From positions 248,001 to 312,000 of the forward strand of contig BAAIJX010000020.1 of NCBI GenBank assembly GCA_054600435.1: a stretch of 64,000 nt of DNA, written 5' to 3'. The notes beneath the pieces are model-generated. The model was not told where the DNA came from and ran no database searches. It worked only from the letters and a program-made list of their open reading frames with translations. The position numbers and the translations under genes are program-made. Every line of letters starts with the position of its first letter. Within the stretch, counting starts at the first letter, position 1. The DNA comes from Neophaeotheca triangularis. Its lineage: Eukaryota. Shown in pieces: positions 23,901-32,265 of the stretch.

Positions 23901-24984
23901 AAGATAGGGAGTAGTTGAGGTAGACGTAGCACATTAGGAATCCAATCATCGATCCCGTGATGGCTTTCATCTTGAACCCGCTCTTTTCGGCTTCGACCAA
24001 GTGCTTGTCGTACATGCGCGCCAACTTCTCCTGGGTGCCAAAGGCCGTCGCGTTGCGAATACTCGAAAGGGTTTCCTCGGCTACCGTACCCCCTTCGGCA
24101 TAAGACGCCAGAGACTGCTTGTTCCACTTGACAATGACGCGGCCGAGACCGCCCATGGTAACGAAGATGGCGACGATTGTGGATGTCAAAATGAGCGTCA
24201 ACTTCCAGAATTTGATGTAGCCGATGATGTAGGCAGTGATGAACGTCGCAAGAGCAGTTAGAGTCAGGCCAATCTTCTCGGAAATGCCATCCTGGACCAA
24301 ATTGGTGTCGGCGGTGATTCTGGTAGTGATTTCTCCTGCGCCGAGTTTGTCAAAGTAGGCGATGTTTTGCCGCAAAATGGCGGCTAGGTACTGCTCCCTG
24401 ATCTTTCCTGCAATGTGCTCGCCCGAATATATAAATCCAACGGTTGCAACGTAAATGGTGACGTACTCTCCGATAGCAAGGTAGACAAAGTACAGCGTCA
24501 GGCTGCTGATCTCGCTTGAAAGCTCGCTCCCATCTATGTTACCGTTGGTGAAACCTTGAAATGTACCAGCCAGCTCGCCGAAGATGATTGTCATGAGCGG
24601 CAAAACTGCGCCGCCTATGATTGCGCAAATGGAGGAAACCAGAATGATCCAAATGTCGTTCCACGTTGCATATCGAAAGAGCCCTTTGAACGTAACCTCG
24701 ACCGGGGGAATGTCCAGCTGCCTTCGTAATACGTGTGCCTCGTGTTCGGGCAGATGGGCAAACGCATCGTCTTCTAGCTCTTGAGTTTCCTTCTCCCCTC
24801 CATTCTGTGACCCCTTCTCTTTGGCGTCAATGACAGGCGCCGGAACCTCGCCTGTCTGGTTCGGAAAAGGCGCCTGTCCTAGATGAGCCTTTTGCGTATC
24901 GGCCGTGACAGTATCGCGCTCGGTAGGAGTGTCATTGCTCGAGCTGTTCGAGGCTCGCTTCTCGTTGTCTGCACCGATGATCAT
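20914..24984 (-). CDS. MDR1: Full-size ABCB/P-glycoprotein multidrug transporter (MDR1/AtrD-like), intronless
   Basis: 1356 aa, TMD-NBD-TMD-NBD; Walker A GASGSGKS and GSSGCGKS, LSGGQKQRIAIARA and ILLLDEATSALD twice each. Confidence 0.95.
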   Translation of the reverse strand: MIIGADNEKRASNSSSNDTPTERDTVTADTQKAHLGQAPFPNQTGEVPAPVIDAKEKGSQNGGEKETQELEDDAFAHLPEHEAHVLRRQLDIPPVEVTFKGLFRYATWNDIWIILVSSICAIIGGAVLPLMTIIFGELAGTFQGFTNGNIDGSELSSEISSLTLYFVYLAIGEYVTIYVATVGFIYSGEHIAGKIREQYLAAILRQNIAYFDKLGAGEITTRITADTNLVQDGISEKIGLTLTALATFITAYIIGYIKFWKLTLILTSTIVAIFVTMGGLGRVIVKWNKQSLASYAEGGTVAEETLSSIRNATAFGTQEKLARMYDKHLVEAEKSGFKMKAITGSMIGFLMCYVYLNYSLSFWMGSRFLVGGEMNLSQVLTILLSIMIGAFALGNVAPNIQAFTTAVAAASKIYATIDRVSPLDPRSKEGQVPKHCEGTLELVNVKHIYPSRPEVVVMEDVSLKIPAGKSTALVGASGSGKSTIVGLVERFYDPVGGVVLLDGVNVQDLNLQWLRQQISLVSQEPTLFATSIAGNIRHGLIGTHYETMSEEETQSLVENAAKMSNAHDFITSLPEGYETNVGERGFLLSGGQKQRIAIARAIVSDPKILLLDEATSALDTKSEGVVQAALDKAAEGRTTIVIAHRLSTIKTADNIVVMQQGRIVEQGTHDALFERGEAYYNLVEAQKIAAQKEQEEEDEIPVLYEKDGQVVGTPMTEKGDAFDTDPNDLELGRTKTGQSASSAALKDRPALMGSAKYGLWTLIKLVGSFNRKEWHIMLFGLFWAIICGGGNPTQAVFFAKSIVALSLPPPFYDRLRSEANFWSWMYFMLALVQLISFLAQGTAFAYCSERLVHRARDRAFRAMLRQDIAFFDIDTNSAGALTSFLSTETTHLAGMSGVTLGTILLVLTTLIAAIAVSLAIGWKLALVCVSVVPIVLGCGFFRFWILARFQTRAKVAYEKSASYACEATSAIRTVASLTREDDVWVHYHNQLVDQGKRSLNSVLKSSLLYAASQSLMFLCLALGFWYGGTLIGNGEYNMFQFFLCFSAIIFGAQSAGTIFSFAPDMGKAKHAAAELKLLFDREPSIDSWSPEGEIPAQIEGAVEFRDVHFRYPTRPEQPVLRGLNLSVQPGQYIALVGSSGCGKSTTISLLERFYDPLVGGIYVDGKEISQLNIAAYRSHLALVSQEPTLYQGTIRENILLGLGGDVEESEVGQNPELEARLVQACKDANIYTFILSLPEAFDTLVGSKGSMLSGGQKQRIAIARALIRNPKILLLDEATSALDSESEKIVQAALDSAAKGRTTVAVAHRLSTIQKADVIYVFDQGRIVEQGTHGELIGKGGRYFELVNLQSLGKTQ

Positions 24985-25848
24985 GTTGGGCGGGACGAAG
25001 CTTTCGTCGAGCGAAAGAGATAAGGATGGCCCAGGGCCTGAGGCTTTGTGGTCGTGACCACTCCAGTCTCCTGGGTGACGCCGGACTGAGCGAGGTGATG
25101 TTCGTGGTTGTGGTAGTAAAGACTGTTGCCAAGGCTAACGGTCAATCAATGAATGAATGTATGTATGGATGCCTTCGTCACGGTGCGGAACGTGGGTTGT
25201 GCCTTTCGCGATGTTGCCCTTACGGAGGTGGTAGAGCGGTTAAATTACGAAGTGAAGGAGGAGGAAAGAAGGTGAAGAATGAAAGAGGCGAGGGCATATA
25301 TGGAATGGGAAATGGTACATAAGTTAGTAGTTACTCATAGGGTGCCTTTTGTTGATGGCGACGGTAGCGTTTGCGAACGGATGCCGTACTTCCGTGCAAT
25401 GCACCAAGGGCGGGCGCTACCTCCTACCATGTCGGTAGAGATATTATTGTTCTTATTATGCAGTATCGTTATTCGTTACCTACCAAATCTGCTTTTGCTG
25501 TCGTCTTACCGACGCAAGATAAGTCAGCTCGAGCTGATGACGGCGGGGTTGACCGAGGAAGAAATGATGATAATAATTAACGTAGGAGAAGGGACGATCC
25601 AATGTGCGGATACCTAGAAGAGACAGGAGTTACAGAGTTTGTGAGTTATCGCAAGCTTTCCCACGTTTTGTCAGATGACAGGGAGGCTAACTTACCCACA
25701 TTAGACCACGCTAGACTCATTCTTGCCTCGGGTTCAATCTGACCGAACGCGAGGGGTAGCACACTAGCCAGATAAGGTAAGACTTTTCAGACTAGTAGGA
25801 GCGGCACCTGCGGAGTAGGGATGTTGATTTCGATGACCTTTCGATTTT

Positions 25849-25910
25849 ATGGTTAGACCATTAACCATTGACTATTAACTATTAACCTTTAACCATTAAG
25901 CTTTAACTAT
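25849..25910 (+). repeat. Left subterminal array of RIP-degenerate GACCATT heptamers
   Basis: atggtta-gaccatt-aaccatt-gactatt-aactatt-aaccttt-aaccatt. Confidence 0.85.
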
Positions 25911-25995
25911 AGAATAATGTCACTTAAATACTTTAGTAGCTACTAAAGTTGTTAAAGAGCTAAATAACTACTCCTTAAACTCCCCCTTAGGTATC

Positions 25996-26988
25996 TTATA
26001 AGCTCTTAAAGTAACGAGTGTGCCTTCCTTACTCCTCTAACTAATTGTTATCCTTATCCTCCTTAAGCTACTACTTATCCTTATTCTTAGACTCCTTAAT
26101 GTTAATCCTATAATGCTTAGAGTTGTCTATAATATATATAAGGTCCTTTTAGTTAGTGTTTATAATAAGCTAAGAAAGCTCATTACTATAGTTATTAATA
26201 GCTTAAAGGATTTAGAGAGCTCCTTTAGAAGTTTTAAAGGTAGCTTTAGCTAGAATAGGGACCTTTAAATAGGTATTAGACTTAGTAACTTTATAGAGGT
26301 TATTATCCTCCTTCTTACCCTTATGCTTAGACTATTACCTAAACTCTAAATATATGTTAGTTTTAAAGGTCTTAAAGCTTATCTTAAAGTTCTTAAACTT
26401 ACTAGTAGACTTAGAATACTTTACCTTAGAGCTCCTATAGATATAGTTTATATAGGATTCACTAAAGATATACTCCCTATTCTTATCTTTAGCTTTAATA
26501 TAGCTCCTAAACTTCCTATTACCCTTCTTATATAGGTTATAGGTATTATCTCTAGTAAGTACTTCCTTACTCTAGCTAATTTAGCTAAGTAAAGTAGGTA
26601 GGTAGTTAGTGAATATCGTAATATTAGTAGAATCTATACTACTATAGTTTAGCTCTATAATAGGGTCTAGTAAGGAATCTCTAAGGAAGACTTTAGTGAG
26701 AATGCGAGGGTAGTTACTAATATAGCTAGTATCTAGAGTAGCTTTAAAGATAGTCAATTTCTCTAAAGTCTAGATAGTAGCGACATTACCTATTACTTTA
26801 TTAGCTACTAAAGCTTCTAAACAATTATAAAAACTTTACTTTACTTATAGGTAGCCTTAAAAGAGAAGTTCTCCCCACCTTAGATAGTCTCTATCATTAT
26901 AGAACTACTTTAGGTGCTTTAAGATACTATACTAAAACTTTAATAGTAGGGGTAGTAATAGTAGTAGTAGTAGTAGTAGTGTAGATAT
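25996..26988 (-). pseudogene. RIP-inactivated second gene inside the hAT element, with a DUF3716-like Cys-rich motif and intron relics
   Basis: Reading TAT as TGT at 26413-26541 gives C-NP-C-KKGNGKF-xS-C-...-IFGxS-C-xN-C-IY-...-CS. Pro-rich N-terminus (ATA-TCT-ACA-(CTA)n). Relic splice signals ataagt/gtaagt and ctaac/ctaat...ag. Boundaries approximate. Confidence 0.6.
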
Positions 26989-27229
26989 TTTAGAAGAGAG
27001 GAAGTAGAAGAGAAGAAAAATCTAAGATATATTAATAACAACACTTACACTCATACTAGCCTAATCTAGTAGCCTATTATAAGGGATAACATAATAGGAA
27101 GTAGCCTAGGCTTCTATACTTTACTTATAGTCTAAGTTCACTTCTATATTAAAAGATATAGCTAATATAATACCTCTTAAAGCTTCTAGATAAGAATACA
27201 AACTCTAACCCTAACAGCTAAAGCTAAAC

Positions 27230-29268
27230 TAAATAGCTACTTTACTATTCCTAAAGCTTCTAAATCCTAAAATTCTAGCTCTTTAACCCTCTAAAGCTAG
27301 ATCTATAACTCTACTAAAGTCCTTAGAGTTATTTCCCTCTTACTTATCCTCCTTTATAAGAAACTATAGCCTATATTCACTATCTAAAGATACTACCCTA
27401 TCTCTAAAGTAGCTCTTATTATCTAGATCCCCCTCCTCCTATAGAAGCTTTAATAGCCCTAAACTCTTTAAATACTAGAATTTGAGGTTATAGTAGAGGT
27501 ATACTAGCTTATTAGCCTAGTTAAGAGTAAGTCTATTCCTAAGAAGGGAATAGATAGTACTATACTTAGACTAATTCCTCTCTACCTCCCTTAAAGAAGC
27601 TATAACTACTAAAGAAATCATAGCTATCTCTACTAGTTTAGAGGCTTTAGATTACTAAAGCTTCTACTAGCTATCTAATCCTATATATTTATAGGTAGAC
27701 TAGCTAAGTATATCACTAAAGATACCCTCTCTCTCTCTTAAAGACAGTAATTATCTAAAAAGCTTTCCTACTACTAAATTACCCTTAATAAAGCTATACT
27801 CTTTTACCTATTCTATTGTTTATCTAAGCTAACTATCTATAACCCTTAGTATAATCTTGTCCTCTTTAATTAGCTGAGTCTAGATCCTTAGGTCTATAAG
27901 GTAGGTAATACTCATTAGTAGATAGTATATTTACTATATTCTCTTCCTAAAAATATAAGAAAGAGCTTAAGAAGTATCCTAGCTAAATAGTATCTTTATA
28001 GCTTTTATTAGCTAGTAGAGATATCTATATACTTTGCTAAAGGAGGGAGACTCTATCTCTATTACTATAGTAATCTAGAGGATCGGTTGTAGTACTCTAG
28101 CTAGCTTATGTAGATTCTAGAAGTTGTTACTCTATAGTATCTAGTCTTTAATTATATCAAGATTCTATGTATCTATCCTTAATGGCCTTAGAGGTAATAG
28201 AGACTTATTAAGTAGAGTATACTAGATCCCCTTCTAGTTGTTAAGGACTAATTTAATATAGTATAGTTTGCCCTACTATCTTATCTTATTTAGTAGTTAA
28301 AAGGCTTTAAAGGTCTAGTCTTCTAGTATATTTTCTTTAACCTTTATAATAGCTATTAGATGTCTTTTAAACTATTTAGTAATATTGAGATAGCTCTTAA
28401 AGATAGGTTTTAGCTTAGGTATTTTAATCACATTATTACTAAGGAGGTTCAGAATATGAGAGTAGTAACTAATAGTAATTATCTTTAGAAACCTTTCCTT
28501 AACTAACCCCTAGCTACTTTTCATGTTAGATGTATTATCTATTATGATAGAGATAACCTTATTACCCTTAAGCTCTTTAATTACCTTATAAAGCCTATTA
28601 CTAATGTATTGCCTAGTATGCCTATCTATTACTATGTATTGTCCCTTTAGAAAGTATGTAGAGTCTTTAGTAATAGTAATATAGTTAATGATTACCTCTC
28701 CTCTAATATTTGTCTACTTATTAGACATAAGACTGATTCTCTTTACCTCTACTAAAGCTAGCGATACTTCTATTACTTTCTAGATATACATCCTATCTAG
28801 GATTAGGGTAGAGAGTACCTATCTTATTAGTAGTTTAAAGGCTAGTCTAAGGGCTTTAAAGAGCTTAAGAAGGCTAGGGTTTAATATTATCGAGAGTAAG
28901 AGGCTAAAAGAATAGATCCATTTAGTATAAAGGTTTTCGAGGTTTTACTAGTTTAATATAGATAGTCTATCTATAATAGGGCCTATATATTAAGAGCGCT
29001 TCCTCTTTACTTCTTAAGAGCTTTACTAGCTACTTTAGCTAAAGGATGTACTCTTAAAAAGGTTTAGCTAGGGAGTCTCTAGCTGCTATTATATAGCTAG
29101 TATCTCTAGAAGACTCTAACACTTTTTAAGATGTACTTTAAGCCTCTTAAGTCCTTTATTAGCCTAGGCCTCGAGGTAATATTTGTATATAACTTATAGG
29201 TGTTAAGATGCTAGGGTTAGAAAGACTCTAGTAAAGTGCTCCTATAAAGGGTCTCGCTATTTACCTAT
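27230..29268 (-). pseudogene. RIP-inactivated hAT transposase (BED finger, DUF659-type DDE core, C-terminal dimerisation domain)
   Basis: De-RIPed motifs: RDPLWEHF...CKYC...RLKxHLKKC (BED, about 29120-29260); SLMSDxWTNIRGE (about 28700-28740); ITDNASNMKSSW (about 28510-28545); GCCSHILNLL (about 28441-28470); TRW (about 28275-28285); SWW...ASSxEVERNWSKHxTIHSLLRNRL...KLVYLYYNL (27480-27672). 3' end approximate. Confidence 0.9.
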
Positions 29269-29416
29269 ATCTAATAACTTTAGTACTTCTTAAAGGCTGC
29301 TTTATAGACTATAGACAACTTTAATAACTTTAGAAGCTATCTTAGGGCTCTTAGTACCCTAAATAAGGATCACGTGAAATGGTCTAAGCTTGAATAGTTA
29401 ATAGCTAAATCGCTCA

Positions 29417-29472
29417 ATGGTTAGACTATTGACCATTGACCATTGACCATTAACTATTGACTATTGACCATT
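29417..29472 (+). repeat. Right subterminal array of GACCATT heptamers
   Basis: atggtta-gactatt-gaccatt-gaccatt-gaccatt-aactatt-gactatt-gaccatt. Confidence 0.9.
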
Positions 29473-29899
29473 CCAACATCCCTACTGCGGAGTCATGGGT
29501 GAGTCGGTGAGTCGGACCCGGGGATACCGATCAAGCCGACAATGGCCGGCCCGGCGATACCAGGAACCAAATCTCCGACCTCCTCTCCACTTCAATCCAT
29601 CCATGGAAATGAACAGCTCCCTGGGCTGTGACAGTCAATGGTGAACCCCCAATCTTCAGCTTGCATCGCCGCTCGTAACTCTGCCAGAAGCTCGACATTA
29701 TGACACAGTTGACTTGCTGAGGCTACATACAGCAAGTTGCCGGGAAAGAAGTGAATGCAGTACTGGACAAACCTCATCCTCCCATCCTGCATCTTCTCCC
29801 CATCCTTTCACTTTTGAACTTGTCTCAGAACTTCTCTCTCTCTCTCTCTCCATCCGCTGAGTCTTCGAACATATGATCCAGTACGCCCTGGCAATAGGT

Positions 29900-30358
29900 G
29901 CACATTGCTCGAACTGCCTTGCTGTCATGTTCTGTCTATCCATGCGCCTAATAGTTACGCAGAGCCATCTATCACGAAGGCGTCACGATGCTTGACCTGA
30001 AGCTCGTATCCCAGATCGACACCGCGCCGCTTATTACAGCCGATGATACAGGATCCGATCATGTCATCACCAACAAGAACTTCCAGATGAATGTTTCCCC
30101 AGGGACTCTCATAGAGCTCAGCCGCCTTTGATTCACACCGGACCCATACCAGCTCGGGCTTCTTACTTTTCTTGGGAAGAAAATGGCCAACTTGTGACAC
30201 TTGGATGGCCTATGTAGCGTCAGGAAGTCCTCGCATAGGACATCGTGCGGTGGTCGATCTTTCCGCTGGCACTTTCTACTGCAGTACGCTGCGGATCCGC
30301 AGCTGACGCACAATTGAGCCTCACGTTTTCCACACATGACACAAACTTCCTCAAACAT
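29900..30358 (-). pseudogene. MYND zinc-finger protein pseudogene (frameshift near 30175, early stop at 29955)
   Basis: CVMCGK...CVSCGSAAYCSRKCQRKDRPPHDVLC (MYND) then RPSKCHKLAIFFP; the expected continuation KKPELVWVRC...HRDAFVIDGS is in another frame. Confidence 0.75.
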
Positions 30359-30474
30359 CGCTTCTCGTGGTGGAAGCAATTCTTTGGGCCGCAAGCTTTC
30401 GTTCTCGCGTATCAGATTTCTGCCTTGAAGTTCAGTTCACAATCCTTTCGGCCACGTTGAGGTAGATTCCACAC

Positions 30475-31300
30475 TTACCCGTAAAGCATGTCAAGGCTCC
30501 TTTCTAGTGTCTTCGAATTGAAGAGTCGTACTCTTTCTTCCCCGTAGGCTCTCCGCATACTCGAAGAACCATCGGGTGATCTTTCCACGGCGGTAGATAG
30601 ACCAACAATCCCTGCTAAGACTCTGCCAGCTGCTCTACACTCCCCCGAACACCACTCTTGATGCTGCAACGCAGGTCGTTCTACCTGCACCCTATCACGA
30701 GCAGCCGCAAGCAGTCTCCTATCACGAAGCTCTACGCCTTCAAGACACGGCAGCATCCACTGATAGTATAACTTGCAATAGGTACCTCGAGTTTCGAACG
30801 TCCCAATCGCCTTGAGCGTCTCTTCGCACAAGTGGCAGCAGCATCTACTTATCTCTAAAAGAAAGGGTACGCATCGTCGAAAACACTGTTCTCCGACAGG
30901 AAAAATATCATCTGCATCTCGGCATGTACGTTGCGCGAGCTTTGCTCTCAGCACATAGAAACGGTTCTTCGCCTCAGATATGCTTGTAACTTAAGCCGCC
31001 TGGGTCCCTAGCCTTTGGCCCTTCTCGCGTCGCTCCAGGTTTCTCATGCCAGCCAGCCAGCCCGTCCGTCAGCGCCAAGGAATCCCATCGTCTGGTCAAA
31101 ATCGAGGATTGGACGAGATTGCCGACCATCAGGTTCTATGGAGGGCACAAAACGTCAACCTGACGTTCCCGAATTCCGAGTGGACGCTACAAATTTCCAC
31201 CAAGCGTTCATGAGCCGCTGCAAGTCCCGCTGAGAAGCAAAGGCTTTGCTGGAGTGGTGCTACGCCTTCGTTGGGGGACCTTGTGCAACTGCGTAAAGCC
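30475..31300 (-). pseudogene. Decayed OTT_1508-like (HAE...CxxC) deaminase pseudogene
   Basis: VHAEMQMIFFL (HAE at 30918-30926) and, after a frameshift, EISRCCCHLC...FETRGTYCKLYYQWMLP (about 30750-30856). Upstream extent uncertain. Confidence 0.7.
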
Positions 31301-32049
31301 GGCGATGGACAGGGCTGGAAATGCTACCGTCAAGCACTTGTCGTGGAGTTTTTACGAGACCAACGAACACACGGTGGTTTGTAATGATTGCAACCCCGTG
31401 TGAGACTCTAGTAACAATCGGCGGTCACCTCCGACCATCCCGCCTTTTGGAAGAACCCAGGGTTTGATCAGAGCTACTTCCCACCGCCAAGCCCATTGTG
31501 AGACGAGCGAAATTCACAATAGCATCGAACTCGCGAGCCCGCGTGATTTTGTCTTTTGCAGGAGACGTGGCCAACAAGATAGAAGACCAGGCTTATCGTT
31601 GATCAATGGTCTTTTGACTCTTGAGAAGTTCGCCGCGACAACAACGGTCTACAATGTTGCGAAGGAATGATGCTAAGTTGGAGATTGTTTGAACGCTTGC
31701 TAACAGTGATTGTCTTCCAGTGTATCAATCAACTCCTACACCTATGCGTTGGCCTCGACTAGCCTCGACTGACCTGGAAAGCTGCAGCTGCCTTGTATCT
31801 CTGTACCTTTCAGCTGTGTCAATCGAAGTGTTACTTCTTTTTCCCTACTTCTATTCACATACATAATACTTAAAACTCACGATGTTTTAACGTCAATCTA
31901 TGGGCTCGAGTGGAAGACGTTACCGTAACCTCCAGCAGCATCCAAAACATCCTATCTCTTAGTGAAGATTAAAAAAGCAAGGAGCGATGAACACCCGAGA
32001 TAGGAGTAATAATTGCCTCTATCGTCTTTACTGCATACCACAAAAGTAC

Positions 32050-32054
32050 AAAAA
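32050..32054 (-). terminator. Pol III terminator (T5) downstream of tRNA-Ala
   Basis: Minus strand reads ...TCGTCCA-CACATC-TTTTT-GTAC-TTTT. Confidence 0.7.
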
Positions 32055-32060
32055 GATGTG

Positions 32061-32161
32061 TGGACGATCCCGGAATCGAACCGGGGACCTTCTCCAATTA
32101 ACACAGTCTCATTACTGAGGCATGATGCTAAGAAGATGTTATACCATTAAACCAAACGCCC
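32061..32161 (-). tRNA. tRNA-Ala(AGC) with a 29-nt intron
   Basis: GGGCGTT acceptor stem with G3:U70; anticodon arm TCTTC-TTAGCA[intron]T-GGAGA; T-arm CCCGG-TTCGATT-CCGGG; followed by TTTTT. Confidence 0.93.
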
Positions 32162-32194
32162 AAGGATAATACTCCAATCGCCCAAGGATTGGAA

Positions 32195-32265
32195 TGCATC
32201 GGCCGGGAATCGAACCCGGGGCTAGCCGATGGCAACGGCTAATTTTACCACTAAACCACCAATGC
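32195..32265 (-). tRNA. tRNA-Gly(GCC)
   Basis: GCATTGGTGGTTTAGTGGTAAAATTAGCCGTTGCCATCGGCTAGCCCCGGGTTCGATTCCCGGCCGATGCA folds as a 71-nt cloverleaf. Confidence 0.96.

Larger units (their letters stand above)
25816..29484 (-). mobile_element. Complete hAT-superfamily DNA transposon (3,669 bp), heavily RIP-mutated
   Basis: TIR TAGGGATGTTG (25816-25826) / CAACATCCCTA (29474-29484); identical 8-bp TSD CTGCGGAG at 25808-25815 and 29485-29492; AT-rich interior with excess TpA and depleted CpA/TpG; transposase relic on the minus strand. Confidence 0.95.

Noticed and set aside
20986..24784. Numerous antisense ORFs over MDR1 and other long genes
   Set aside because: Expected shadows of GC-rich codon usage.
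25816..29484. AT-rich block as a centromere, NUMT or LTR retrotransposon
   Set aside because: TIRs, an 8-bp TSD and hAT transposase motifs explain it; no LTRs or RT motifs seen.
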